DNA of 62,786 nucleotides, filler included, from Dugesia japonica (lineage: Eukaryota): assembly GCA_001938525.1 (NCBI GenBank). It is 7 parts of 7 records of this genome, joined end to end, with 100 filler letters (N's around TTAATTAATTAA, not from the genome) between each part and the next. Parts side by side here need not be neighbours in the genome. Positions count along the whole stretch, not along the records: positions 35,823 to 44,524 come from MQRL01647351.1; positions 44,625 to 53,338 come from MQRL01575233.1; 5 more parts are not named here. One strand, given 5' to 3'. The translations under genes and the position numbers were made by a program. Below, piece after piece: positions 39,930 through 53,438 of the stretch. Within the stretch, counting starts at the first letter, position 1. Every line of letters starts with the position of its first letter. The notes under the pieces are model-generated. The model was not told the origin of the DNA. It did not search any database and saw only the letters and a program-made list of their open reading frames with translations.

Positions 39930-41720
39930 AAAGTAAAAGCTCTTATAACAAAGTTCATTACAAAGGTTTTATTCAAAATAATCTATGGATTTTTCACTAA
40001 TGTCATAATAATTTATTGATACTCAATTGAAAAAATCTCGATTTCTGCAGTCAATGAAATCTTTGAATGCTGTTTTGATATTGCGATGATTTTTGAACCT
40101 TTTATAACTTCAAGAAGTGATCAACATGTTTAGTTGAAAATATGGTGGGTGAGCAAGAGTTTTATACTATAACTTATGGAGTTTTCTGTGCGACAATTCG
40201 TGAAACATTGATACTTGTTTTGTCGTGAAGGGGTATTTATTAGGGACCTGTGAATCCAAAGACTCAATTCGGATTCGATTCGAAATATTTTTGGATTCGT
40301 TTCGAATCCGAATCCAAAATATACCCTTTTCATTGAAAAGTTTTCAAGTTAATAAAATTAAATTCACATTTTAATATTATCGTCTTTTATTGTTTGCAAA
40401 TATCTTGTTGAATACAAATTAAGGTCCAAATTATTATTTATGCATGGTAATAAAGCATATTTGTTTGTATTTATACTAAATATAAATTTATTGATACTTC
40501 CGGCACTTTGATCTTCACCAACTTTTTTGTATCTCTAAGGAACGTTTTAAGATGCCACCATTTCATTCACACTTCACTAAATCAAAGGATGAGAAATATT
40601 ACCATTGTAAAAAATGCAACAAAAAGTATGTAGTCAATGATGGTGGAACTACTTCTCATCTATGGACGCACATACGTGATTTTTACGCTGAAATTTACAC
40701 CACTCTTCAAGCAGAAAAGCAGACCTTTATTAAGAATGATTCAGTCAAAACAAGTCAATCTATCTTGGTCAATCTTTTTAAAAAGCCTTTATCAAATGAA
40801 TCCAAACATAAATTTGATGAAGCTATTTTAGATTTCATAGTTATGGATGGTCGACCATTCGAAACAGTTGCTGGAATTGGATTTAAAAAATTATGCAGAA
40901 CAGTTATATCAGAAGATTATACACCACCACAGCCAACCACATTATCCAGAAGATTATCTTTGTCGATTGAAAATAAGAAATTATTATTTACTGAGAAAAT
41001 CAAATCTCAACTTGAATCTACAAAGTATCATGTAACTTTTGACCATTGGCGTGCATCTAATTATTCTAATTTTCTTGTTATAAATACTATTTATTCCTAG
41101 TTACTGATTGAAACTGGTTGTGTTTGCATCAATTATTTGTGCACTTATTCGTACTGTTCGCAGAAAAATGTTGCAGTAACTGATTACCAGTGAATAACTT
41201 CCGTAGTTAACCAACATGCAATAAATGGAGACTTCTTTAGACGGAGCTTCATTTTCAAAAACTGAAAAACCTTTGAGGTTACCAGAAATAATTTAATTTT
41301 CATTGCAAATAATGATGGAATCTAAGAGAGGATCGGTGGAATACTTTCTAAGGAGAGATATTGCTATCTCTTGTCTCCTTATCATGTAGCATCCTATTTT
41401 TTGACTTTGCCGATAAACTTCAGATATTTAAAAGCAGTTGATTGCAATACATGCATCTTAACAGTTATTTTGGACACAATTTGCCCTGAGTTTTTTCGTA
41501 ATACTTATACAACAGCAGAAGATTGTTCAGTTATCTCTTTATTTTTAAGAGACTACTTTCCACTTCGAAACTTCTGGAACTATTTCTCAACGCTACACTG
41601 AGCTGCAGTACCATCTTCTCCAGCTTTGTTTACAGTTTCAATTACACGGTGACCCAGTGTAAATTCGTGAAGTATAATGATACAAATATTCTATCCACGG
41701 TAACTAGTTTGTCAACTGAT
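39930..41720 (-). mobile_element. Mariner remnant split by a hAT insertion
   Basis: N-half 41720-41095 (FQKFRSG, IGKVKK, VTATFFCEQ..QPV). C-half 40240-39930 (PLHDK, LAHPPY, KRFKN..AFKDFIDCR). The halves rejoin in frame when 40241-41094 is removed. Confidence 0.7.
40241..41087 (+). mobile_element. 5' half of a hAT element: left end plus BED-finger transposase (ORF 40552..41100, truncated)
   Basis: tagggacc end with clustered gaatcc/ggattc subterminal motifs. BED finger CKKC..GTTSHLWTH, DGRPFETVAG.GFK and first catalytic D in TFDHW. Confidence 0.85.
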
Positions 41721-44624
41721 AACTAAAGATTAATTTAATTTCTACAAAAAATCTTAACAATATATAGAAAACATGGTTGTTAATTATATTAACATAAACA
41801 ATCAATTGGAAATAGATAATCTTTATAGATATTCTTGAAATTATGGACTATTAGAAAATCCGTTAACTCTTTCCGAATGACATAATGTTTATTTAATTAT
41901 TTTACTTTTAGCAATTATAAAAATATTCATTAGATAAAATCGATTTGGAGTAATAAAAAACATTGAATAGTCATAAACATTATTAACCAAGGACAATAAG
42001 AATATTACTGCAATTTATTGGGTAATATAATTTCTTATCAATGTTGATTAATCAAAAAGATAATAATAGAAATAATCTAAATTAATCCCAATTGCAAATG
42101 GTTTACAATTCTAATATAAAACTAATTAAAAGAGTCTGTGAATTTTTAGTCACATAATTTGAAATTAGATTTATTTCAACTTTTTATATTTAATATTATT
42201 TCCTTTTTGTAAATTTAAACAAATGAAAAAATCATTTCCTAATAGTTTTCTTTTAAAATAATCAGATATTTAAATTGATATTAAGAAACATAATTGAAAT
42301 GTTTTATCAACTGAATTCTTAATAATAAATATATGAGGATATCTAATATGAGCTTAACAATGAAATGCTATAGTTTATTTATTTCGTGTGTGTCTGAAAA
42401 TGTTCAAAATAGTACAATGTGTAGTGCAACAGTTTCATCATTGAGCTTAATGAATAAACTAATTATCTTAATGTTGACATTCTGATAACTGCAAGTAATC
42501 GTTTTGCCACTTATTAGCTCAGCATAGTCTAAATCTTGGTAGTCATTAATAAAGCATATAAAATCAAAGTCATAATAATTTGCGTCATCAAATTAACAAA
42601 AATCATCTATTGAAATCTCCAATTTGCCTAATATGAATATGATAACCGTTTTCCTGGATTCTTTTGTCGAACAGATTCAATTTACCAGCATAATTATCTT
42701 TCTCTAATAATTCTATATTTGCATAAGATTGAGGACAGTAACAATTTGAAGAAAGAAAACGAGATCGGTATAATGCAATTCAAAATTTAAAAAATAACTC
42801 AAAAATAAAAATGACTTCAATCTTTAACTAAAATATGATTAATAATAAATAAAGGATAAATAAATGAAGGATAATGTTCGAAATTAATGCTGCATGAACG
42901 CAATTTTATTTTGGTATTTACCACAAAATCTTTTCAATTATCACAGAGTTCTGATGTTTTTAGAAACTTGTATACGTTTGATAACGTTTTAGTATAATAT
43001 TTAATTATTTATTATCTTATTATTATCGGTTATTATTATATTAATTATTATGATTATTATATTAATTATTATGATTATTATATTAATTATTATGATTATT
43101 ATAATTATAATAGTAATAATTATTATAATTATTATTATAACTATTATTATTAATTTTATTATTACTATTATTTATTGAAATTATCTGTAAATTCTTAAAA
43201 TTTCTAAATTATAGAAATTTTAAAACTTCAGAAAAATAAACAAATGTATAAAGAAAATTAATCCATTTTAAACAAATTTGAGTGTGAAAATTGTTTTAAT
43301 AAAATAAAAATTTAGTAAATTAAAAAATAAAATTATAAAATAAAGTTATTTTTCCTACATTATTTTTATAATTTTTTATATCCTGTAAATAAAAGAAAAC
43401 AAATATCCATAATCAAAGTTGAATAAATTGAAATTTTAATTTTTTCTTTTTTTTTATCAACAGATATATTTTATCAAAAAAAAATTTTTTAATATAAATT
43501 AGCATAATTTCTATTTGAATTTGTCAAATAATAATCGAAGTGGATTTTCAATTTCTCAGTGTAATAGATTCAGAAATTTTCTCAGATTTAAAGAAGTCAT
43601 TAGTTTATTTTAATACTGTAACGTCTTTTTACTGCTTGTCTACAGTTTCAAATGTTACAGTGTAATGATTAATGACACATCTCATTTTCTTTCGTAAATC
43701 AGTTATTTATATTTAAAAATTATGTTCAAATTATTATTAAAACTTGTTTAACATTAATGAAATTAATATATAATATTCAAATGAAACTTTATTAATTTTC
43801 AAAACACTCCGTCATTTTGTAATTTTCTATCGAATATTATTAATTAAATTGATTATTAATTATTAAAAAATTTCTTTTCTTACATTAATTCTAGAATAAT
43901 AAGTACTAAAATAACTAAATTTAGATATATTTAGACATAAGGGTTGAAGTAACTTCTAATGATGACAATAAGGTGAGAGTAAATCTGTGAATTTGTTCCA
44001 TTAACATGAATTATATATATATATCTTTTATCTGCATTGGCTTTAATAGTCTTACCAGTTTCGAAGACTTTAGTAGTAATATACTTTTACAGAAAAGATT
44101 GGTTTTTTATTTCAAATTTGTTTTGATATTCTTCTATTTTTGAATTCGTTTCAATCTGATTTCTAGCTATTAATTATTTTTTTTGAAGTTCTTTGAGATC
44201 GTTTTCTTCCTCAATATTTATTAATTATTAGACGGGTTTTGATATTTTTGTTATAAAATATATTTGAAATTTTAAAACTATTTTCAAATATAATTATCAT
44301 GAATTAATATAAAATAACATATTGTAATAATATATATAATTATAATTAATTATAAAATAATTATAATTATAAAACTCTAAATATTTCAACAATTAATATT
44401 AATATTAAAAATTAACAGCCAAAGTTCAGTTATAAATAAAATAAATAAACAATTTAAATATTTAAAGAAGGGATTATAAAGACAATCAATGATAAATTAA
44501 TGGTAAATTCAATTCTTTTTTTTTNNNNNNNNNNNNNNNNNNNNNNNNNNNNNNNNNNNNNNNNNNNNTTAATTAATTAANNNNNNNNNNNNNNNNNNNN
44601 NNNNNNNNNNNNNNNNNNNNNNNN

Positions 44625-44810
44625 TGCAAAAATATTACCTTAGTTTCATATGTTCCAAAAAAGAACAGAGCTGTTATTTTGTTATCTACTATGCACCATA
44701 GTAAACAATTTGACGCTAACAACAAAATTAAATCGGAAATTAATATTTATTATAATAAAAAAAGATGGTGTTGATACAATGGATCAGTTAGCACATGAAT
44801 ACACAAATTT
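44625..44810 (+). mobile_element. piggyBac transposase fragment
   Basis: VSYVPKKNRAVILLSTMH...YYN...GVDTMDQLAHEYT. Confidence 0.8.
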
Positions 44811-45401
44811 AAAAGATTTTCTATGTAGTGTTTGTCAGACCCTACTGGGTTGTTTTAGTACAAAAGCTTTCTGGGCGGTTACATGTTAAATAAACCAATA
44901 AAATGTCGATAAAATCTAAAGAATTAAGTAACAAAGATCTATTGCATTGAATATATCTAGAAGCCAACATGTTCCTGAAAAAGATTATTGTCGAAAATTT
45001 GAACTTTTTTACAAATAAATTTTATTTTGATCGAAGCTTTTATTTTATATTAATGAAATCTAAAATGCGATCAATGGTCAAGTCCAGCAATTATTCTCAT
45101 AATAATTGTAATTATAAAGTAATTTTAGTGCATGAATTAATTTCATGAATTGAGTTAAATTTTGTATGATGGAATGAAATTTTTGTGTGATTGATTATAA
45201 TTTTAATGTAATTTGTTACAATTTTGAATGATAGATTAAANNNNNNNNNNNNNNNNNNNNNNNNNNNNNNNNNNNNNNNNNNNNNNNNNNNNNNNNNNNN
45301 NNNNNNNNNNNNNNNNNNNNNNNNNNNNNNNNNNNNNNNNNNNNNNNNNNNNNNNNNNNNNNNNNNNNNNNNNNNNNNNNNNNNNNNNNNNNNNNNNNNN
45401 N

Positions 45402-46122
45402 CGCTATGACATTTGCTCAGAACTCATTTTCAGGATGAAAAACGAGCCATTTCTTCATCGATTGATTACTTGTGAAGAAAAATGGTTGTTATAACAACAA
45501 TAATAAACGTTCAGCCCAGTGGTTAGACATCCATGAATCTCCAAAGTCCTTCCCAAAACCAAGTCAACACGAAAAAAAGATAATGGTTACGGTATGGTGG
45601 TGTTCAAAAGGAGTGATTCGTTACGATTTCCTATTAAAGGGAGAAATGATAACAGCAGATGAATACTGCCTAGAGATTGATATTATGCAAGAAAAGTTGA
45701 TAAAAATGTACCCAGCATTGATCACTAGAAAAGGTTCAATTCTTTTGCATGACAACGCCCGTCCACACATAGCAAAGCAAACCATGGATAAACTGAAGAG
45801 CCTAAATTATGAAATTCTGAGACACCCACCGTACTTACCTGATCTCTTGCCAACTGATGTCCATTTATTCAAACATTTACAAAATTATTTGAATGGGAAA
45901 AGATTTGAGATCGAAGGGGTGTTAAAAAAGGAATTTGAACAGTTCCTTGCCTCCAGGTCTGCCGAATTTTATCGCATAGGAATGGGAAATCTACCAATTT
46001 GTTGGCAAAAGTGTGTAAACGCTAATGGTTTTTATTTTTATTAATAAACCTTTTGTTTCGGCTCACTTATGATGTTTTAAAATTAAGGTTCAAAAACGTG
46101 CAAAACTTTCTGAACAACCTAA
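45402..46122 (+). mobile_element. Mariner (cecropia-like, DD34D) 3' two-thirds with right TIR
   Basis: ITCEEKW, KIMVTVWW, LLHDNARPH, HPPYLPDLLPTD; end ..ctttctgaacaacctaa|ta. Confidence 0.9.
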
Positions 46123-48130
46123 TATTATAATTTTATGTGATGAATTATAATTATATGCGTTGACTTAGAAAATTTACATGTTGTCTTATAATTTGTATGT
46201 GTTGGTTTAGAAATTTATGTAAATTTTTGTAAAATTTTACGCTAACTCTAAAAAGAATACTTATAAAACCATATTAATCCTTAAAATTATATACACAAAG
46301 ACTTAGTTTCTCTATGCTATTAAAAGCTCCCTCGTCAATGTTAACATTAATGTTCTCCGATCAATATTAATGTTAAAACTTGGAGTTTTCTTGTTGAGTG
46401 TTAATTTTTATGAGTTAGATTAGACATTTGTGAGATGGATCTAAATTTTAAAGCGTTGGCATAGAGATTTCAATGGGATGAACTACATTTTAGGGCGACA
46501 GATTATAAGTTTAACTTGTTGGTTGAAAGTTTTATGAGTTACGGTGACTTAGAAGTTTTATGTGACAAAAGTAGTTTTAGTGCCTGAATTATAATTTTAA
46601 AGTAATAACTTAAAACTTTCAATGTAATAAACTATAGTTTAGTGTGATTGATTATTAGTTTATCTGATTGGTTAGAATTTTTGTGTTGACTTAGAAATTT
46701 TTTTTGACTTTTTTGTAATTTATGAAACTTTTTAAAAACCTTTTTGTAATTTTTAAAAAGTTTTCTTGACTTCTAAGTAATTTATGATAATTTCTCATGA
46801 CTTCTATTTAATTTTAATAAAATGGATTATAATTTTATGTGATGAAATGTTCTTTTTATTTGATGAAATGTAATTTTTGTGTGTTGGCTTAAAGTTAATA
46901 CATGTTCAGTGTTAATTTTTGTTTGACGGAATGCAATTTTGGTATGAGGAATGATAATTTTAATGACTTCTATGTAATATTTGAAGACTTCAATTGACTT
47001 CTAGTAAATCTTTGAAACGTTTTTTGACTTCTATGTAATGTTAGACTATGTAATGCCGACCAATCAAATTTCAGGAAACATGTGTACGGCCAATCAAATT
47101 GAACCCCCAAAAAGTTCCTACCCCTGGGGGAGGGGAATGGTGAGAAGTATGCAGGACAGTGCGGACCTATTCTACTACTGATAATTAGTAATAATTGTCT
47201 CTAATGGTCTAATTTAAAGATTTATTTAATATCATGCGTTGAATTGATAACAATCGACTTGGAATTCTTGACTATTTTGCCGATCTGTGTCTAACCAAAT
47301 ACTGGCGTTGACAGATAAATGTTTTTATCTTATAAAGGCTAGACAGTAGTTACGGTGTACATTTGAGTCCGGATGTAAACGATCGGAAGCACAGCTGTCA
47401 GAGATGAATATCCCGTAATCTTGCTTAACCTAGTTAAAACTACGCAATCATTATAGTTAATACAAGCTGATCGATTAGTTCAATTATGAGCGGACTCAGT
47501 TGGATCCTAACAGACCTTAATGGTTTCACCCAGTTGGACTGTTCATGTTGGTGGAGGTAATGTAGTGGTTTGAAATAAAAACAAAACTTTTATTGAAACA
47601 ATGTATGAATATAATTGTTAATGATATTATTAATAATTTTACTTAGACATAAAAATTAACAATGATTTTCCTTGGGATAGTAACCGTTTTCTCGAATTAT
47701 AATCAAATAATAATCAATCAAAAATCATCTAATGTCGGAGCACTTAATAGTATGAATCAGGAAGCGTAGATTAGTTTTTTAAAGAAACATCTAATGTCAA
47801 ATGCAGACAAGTGTGCAAACCCATAAATATGCCAACGTTTGAACCCTGAACAGCTAATAGTATGAACCCATGAATTGCTCATAGTATAACACCTGATGAA
47901 CTAATTTTAATATTGCCCAAGGAGCTATTATTGTTAATATTAATATTGCCCGGGATCTTCTAATGTTGATATTAATATTGACCAGTGTAACTAATATTAA
48001 TATTGTCCGGATGAAACTTAGCTTAACTATCTAAGATTTTCGTTAATTCAAACAAAAATAATTCATTTCACCTTATTTAAACAAAATTAATTTCACTTAA
48101 TTTAAACATCTAACATTTATCACATATAAG

Positions 48131-48400
48131 ATGGTGACCAATGTATCTATGAATCAATATTTTCTGGAATCTTCAAGAAAGATGACGATGTTGAAATGTT
48201 TATTAAGAAATATAACAAAATATTATGATTAGTCCAGAATAAAGACAAGTTGCAGAAACGTATTGGTAGTTGCTCTACTTGATAAAAAACTGCGAGAAAG
48301 TTAGGAAAATAAAGATGACACACTATGAGTTGAAGAACGATTAAGAAAGGCTTTCTTAAAGCAATCGTCAATGATTTAAAATTATTCTTTACAGTAATGA
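48131..48400 (+). mobile_element. Short gag remnant related to the 16686 and 50505 copies
   Basis: ATGGTGACC start; FKKDDDVEMFIKK and ERLRKAF parallel FRGDDLEKFIK and ER*RLAF. Confidence 0.5.
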
Positions 48401-48579
48401 AAGTTGTTAAAGAAATAAGAAAATACCCACAATAATTTCCAATTTCGTTATTTTAGTTTGTTACTACAATATTAGGTATATTACTAAAACTTTAAAATTT
48501 TCAATAAAATGAAATCATTTATATAAAACAATTTAAACTTTTATCTTATATTTTAAACTTCTTTATATATTTAGACAAT

Positions 48580-48840
48580 ATGCTTTTTAGCAAAACAATG
48601 ATTTTCGTTATATTAATATCAGGTCAATGCATTTCTGTTCTTTCTTGTTCGATATATTTAGATCCTTATGAAAATTTGTGCTGCAATTTATGCCAAAATT
48701 ACGGAAAAGGTGGATATTTATGCAATTGCATTAGCGAAGTTCACAACGGAAAACGAATTTATCCGACAAATAAGTTTAATGAAATTAAACGCAGAGGATT
48801 CAAACAACTTTGGAATTTAAATTATAAATATAAATTTTAA
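48580..48840 (+). CDS. Small secreted Cys-rich peptide / neuropeptide prohormone candidate (86 aa)
   Basis: Hydrophobic N-terminus, six Cys after it (C..CC..C..GKGGYLCNC), GKR amidation/cleavage site, KRR site. Acceptor ttag at 48574 just before the ATG; AATAAA at 48910. Confidence 0.6.
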   Translation: MLFSKTMIFVILISGQCISVLSCSIYLDPYENLCCNLCQNYGKGGYLCNCISEVHNGKRIYPTNKFNEIKRRGFKQLWNLNYKYKF

Positions 48841-50504
48841 GTACAATTTTCTTTTTCTTCTGTTTCTCTTCTAATTTTATTGTCATTAGACATGATGTAA
48901 TTAATGCCTAATAAATTTTGAGTTACCCGTCCTAACTGGTGTTATTTTTCCAGAAACATTTTGAACACTTATAATTATAATTATTAACCTACCCACAATT
49001 TGTATTTTGTTTATAATTTTTTAGAGAGGTTCTAATTTAATATATGATAATGGAACTTCAATATGTTATTATTTGTCGTTTTATCTTTTTCAGTTTTCAA
49101 TAATTTAAAACTTACCGATCCAAAAGTGACTTATGGTAGTCTTATTAATGATTTAGTTTTCTAAAAGTTTATATCTTTTAGCCGTCGCGAGTTACTAAAT
49201 CGATATTTTTACATAATGTTTTAGTTTATATTATTACATGTTATTATTAACAATCGAGAAATCCTAGTGTTGCATTTCCAGGAATTGTTTATGTTCAATT
49301 TTCTTTAAATGTTTATTTCATTTGTCTAATTTCACTTGCTCTTTAAATTTCATTTGTCAAAGAATTATAGAAACCACAANNNNNNNNNNNNNNNNNNNNN
49401 NNNNNNNNNNNNNNNNNNNNNNNNNNNNNNNNNNNNNNNNNNNNNNNNNNNNNNNNNNNNNNNNNNNNNNATTTTTTCTCCTAGTAAAATTAACCATATC
49501 TATATATACATAAAATCTGTTTCATTAAAAGTTGATCTTATTTGTTAGTCCTTGACATATTTTCCTACTTCTCTGTTCTCTTCGGTTGAATTCTTTCTAA
49601 AATATTTTCATATTCGTGAACAAAATTTTTATCTGCAAGCATAACTCTTTGTTATGTCAATAAACAACCGATTTTTGTGCGCCAATGTCAGTTCAAGATT
49701 TCTACTGATTTAGTGCTTATTTTCAAACTCTTCTCATATTTTCAGCCCTTTGATTTCGTTTATAAGTGCAGTTTACTTCACTTAAAATACATTGCTCAAA
49801 GGACTAGTATTTTTGAATGGTATAATATATATATATATATATAAAATTATACAATAAATTAAAAATTTCCTATATATTGCCACAGGACAACAATTTAAAA
49901 ATGCTTTCTTCATATCATAAACAATTTTTTAGAAAAGGGAGCACATGCTCCCCTATATCCAAATCTGTACATTTAAATAGAAAATTAAAAAGTAAGATAG
50001 GAACGTTTCATAAACTTATATCGTAAAATGCTTCCTTTCCTATTAAAATGGCAGCAAAAGCACATAAAAGCACGTCAAAGTCCAATTAGAAACATGTTTG
50101 GACAACGAACATGATATTGTTGGATGCTTAATGAGTAGAAATAATAAAATATAAAAAAGCATATTTCGAAAAGAAAGGTTTGTGATTAAGTTTTGAAAAG
50201 CCAGTTTAAATTTATTGTGTGGCTAGTGATCATTTTTCTTAAAATCCTTTTTTTAAAAAAATTTAAATTGCGGATGAGTATTTTGTTTGAAATTTTAAGT
50301 GACAATTTAATAATAAAGTTAAAATTTTAAATAACCTTAAATAAGTTTTAAATAATTTTAGAAATGATCACCAATTAAAACACGGGATTTTACTTTGTTT
50401 GAATAAACAAATAGTGTTAAATATAGGTTTGTTTTGTGAAAAAAGTTTCTATGGAAATGAGTTTTGACATTATTGATCCGATGAGTATTTCAAAGTTATT
50501 AACC

Positions 50505-51569
50505 ATGATGGCAGAGGTAAACACCGATGAAATCACAAAGAGATGGTTGCCAAAAATAATTTTAGAGGCGATGATTTAGAGAAGTTTATTAAACGGTGTG
50601 AAATATACTTCAAGGCGAAGAGTATCGTCAATAAGAAAGATCAGGAGCGCTTGATAACATGTGTGCTTGATGAAGATTTAAAGGAAGCATATGTGAAAAC
50701 ATTGAAGAAAGCGGACGGATATCGAGAGAGATAGCGATTAGCTTTTGAGAGCAAAAGAGATATAATAAAAGATTTTCTGAATCTTGTAAGCTATTGTCGT
50801 GGTGGTAAAGAACTGGAGGTGTTTTTAAAAAAGTGGAAAATTTTATCGATATATTTCTAGTAAATAGAATGCTGATGAAAGAAAAACTTTTCTTTAAAAT
50901 GCTAATAAATTGTGCAGATAGTAAAAAGGCAGAAAAGAAATAATCCTGCAAAAATGGAAGAAAGTAGAAGATATAAAAGAAACACTATCTTCAGTAGAAA
51001 AAATAAAAAGAAGAGAACCTAATAACGTAGTAAAGAGTTGCGCAATTGTAACACATATAGCACGTACTTGAGAAAAAAACAAAATATCGATAGAGTTATG
51101 AAAAGAACAGAACCACAGTGATAGACATGCCAGAGTTATGGGCATACAAAAAGATTGTCCGAAAAATTCTCAACTTGAATGTTGGACTTGCCACAAAAAA
51201 AGCATTTAAGTAGAAATTGTCCAGACAAAAAGCCAGCAAAATGTTTTGGGTGTGATAGGATTGCTCATATCAGAAGGAGGTACACAGAAATTGTATGCGT
51301 TAAATGTGAAAGATCAAGTCACAGAGTGGAAGAATATTTTTTGAACATTAAAAAAACCAAGACTAGAAAAGATAGGAAAAAATTTTAAAGGCGGACAACA
51401 AACAAAAGATTGGAGTCAGAACAAACAAATCCATGCCATTTGAGAAAATTATGATAATGAGAATGATGAGATAATTTCAGAGAGCATAATAGAAAATGAA
51501 AATCCGAGAAGAAAATACCCAAAAGGCAGGGCTTCATTAATAGAGAAGTTGACCGGAGCTATTTGTTAA
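50505..51569 (+). mobile_element. Decayed gag with four CCHC-type knuckles, same family as 15720-16686, no pol
   Basis: FRGDDLEKFIKRCEIYFKAK..QERLITCVLDEDL; C*TCQSYGHTK.DC, CWTCHKK.HLSRNC, CFGCDRIAHIRR and CVKCERSSH. Confidence 0.8.
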
Positions 51570-51899
51570 ACGAAATACCGTTTGATTATTCTGTAACATA
51601 TTGGTTAATTATACTCATTTGTTTACTGTATTACACTGTACTAACTAATGTATTTGTCTTAACAAAATTGTTATATCACTTAATAAATAATTATTTAAAT
51701 TGATTAATTCTACCATTCGTTGTAAGATGAAGTGAATTATGTTGGTAGACTATGAAATCATGTTGACCCTCACTAAATATTATACTTAATTTGATCATTT
51801 ATTTTAATGAAAATAATGACTATTGCTTATGTCTAGTGGAACAAATTAAGCATATTCAATTAATTACCTGGTTGTATTAATTAATTTGAACTATTAGAT

Positions 51900-52060
51900 T
51901 AAGATTAATGAAAGCATTGAATACAATATATAAGCCAAATATGTAAATGAAATGAATGTATAGGTTTATACATGTATCAGGTTCATTGAATGTACTTGGT
52001 TTATTGATTGTATTGTGTTAATGAATGTATCGAGATTATTCATTTGTATTGGTCTAGATA
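51900..52060. repeat. Dispersed repeat with internal 18-bp units; inverted copy at ~57000-57200
   Basis: gaatgtataggttt..ggttcattgaatgtact.ggtttattga.tgtattg is the reverse complement of 57020-57090. Confidence 0.65.
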
Positions 52061-53039
52061 GAAGGTATACAAGTGTTGTGACGTTTTCCTTTATAATATT
52101 GAACAATTTTTAAAGTATTTGACTTGTTTATACAAATAANAAAAATTTGAAATTTGAAAAGATTACATGTATTATAAACAATGAATTTAAACAAAATATA
52201 TTTAAAATGTTAATATAATTAATTAATAATTTTAATTAAATTTATTTAAAATCAATATTAGGCATAATTTGAAATATTACTAAATAACATTCAAGTTTTT
52301 AAGTACTCTATTGTCAAGAATTGATGATTGCATCCATAAAACAAATATGTGTAACAACTTTTATTAACCTAAAGGATGACAAATTCATGATTACAATGGA
52401 AATTCTTGGACATAGTTAAATAGAGTATGAAATATTTTATCAACGTATAACAATTTATGACTTCTGTGAAATCTTTATTAATTTTTACATACTACTTGGA
52501 AATTTTGGATATATTTCCATGACATTAGTGAAATCTTTGATAGATTTCTATGACTACTCGGAAATTTTGAATAAATTTTCAAAAACATCTCGGAAATAAT
52601 TGAATTATTTTCCCATTGTTTTACATACGTTTTGAGAATTTTCCAATATTTCTCGGAAATTCTGTGTAAATTTCCAACCATTTTCTGAAATTATTTATAA
52701 TATTCCAACATTTCATGTAAACTCTGTGCCATTTTTCCAACACTTCTTAAATATGATAATCATTTATTCTTCATCATCACCATCTTCTTACATGTATGCG
52801 TGCACCTCTGCATATAACTCGTCTACCCCATTAATTTCAACTCTGTTTTCTCCAAACATACAATCTCAAGAACAAAAAATCTCTAGACAACACAAACATT
52901 CATCGATAAAACCCCCCTTTCCAAATCGTACGTCACATTTGATGTTTTTTTTCTTTATTAATTTCTAAAAATTAGAAATGTTAAATAAATTTTAGTATTA
53001 TTTTATGATAATTTAAGATTATAAGATAGGAAAATATTT

Positions 53040-53338
53040 ACTTATTTTTAAACATGATTTTTGTGCTCGTTTTTTTTCTAAGATTTTTGGGATCAAAAAT
53101 TTGTAATCGGATCAGTTTTTTTATCCTAGGTGTGTGTATTTTTAAATTTTGTGTGTGTTTGGGTTGCTAAGGTAGATTTTAAAAAGTAGGTCAAGTTGAG
53201 TTTTTGTGTGTGTAAGAGGAGGAGGAGCTAGAGATATTGGAAATAATTTTTTGTAGTTTTAAAAATTTGGTTGTGGTTGGACAAAAATTTGGTCTATATA
53301 TTGTCTAAAGGACTTTTGAGTTTGGATGGATGGTTTTC
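53040..53338. repeat. Inverted homolog of 62420-62740 (candidate Maverick/Polinton TIR)
   Basis: Shared blocks tttctaagatttttgggatcaaaaa, gtgtgtgtttgggttg, aagttgagtt, gaggagg and aaatttggtctatatattgt. Confidence 0.7.
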
Positions 53339-53438
53339 NNNNNNNNNNNNNNNNNNNNNNNNNNNNNNNNNNNNNNNNNNNNTTAATTAATTAANNNNNN
53401 NNNNNNNNNNNNNNNNNNNNNNNNNNNNNNNNNNNNNN

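Noticed and set aside
46130-47050. Degenerate gacttctatgtaat-like repeats
   Set aside because: Low-complexity satellite-like DNA with no definable unit or termini.
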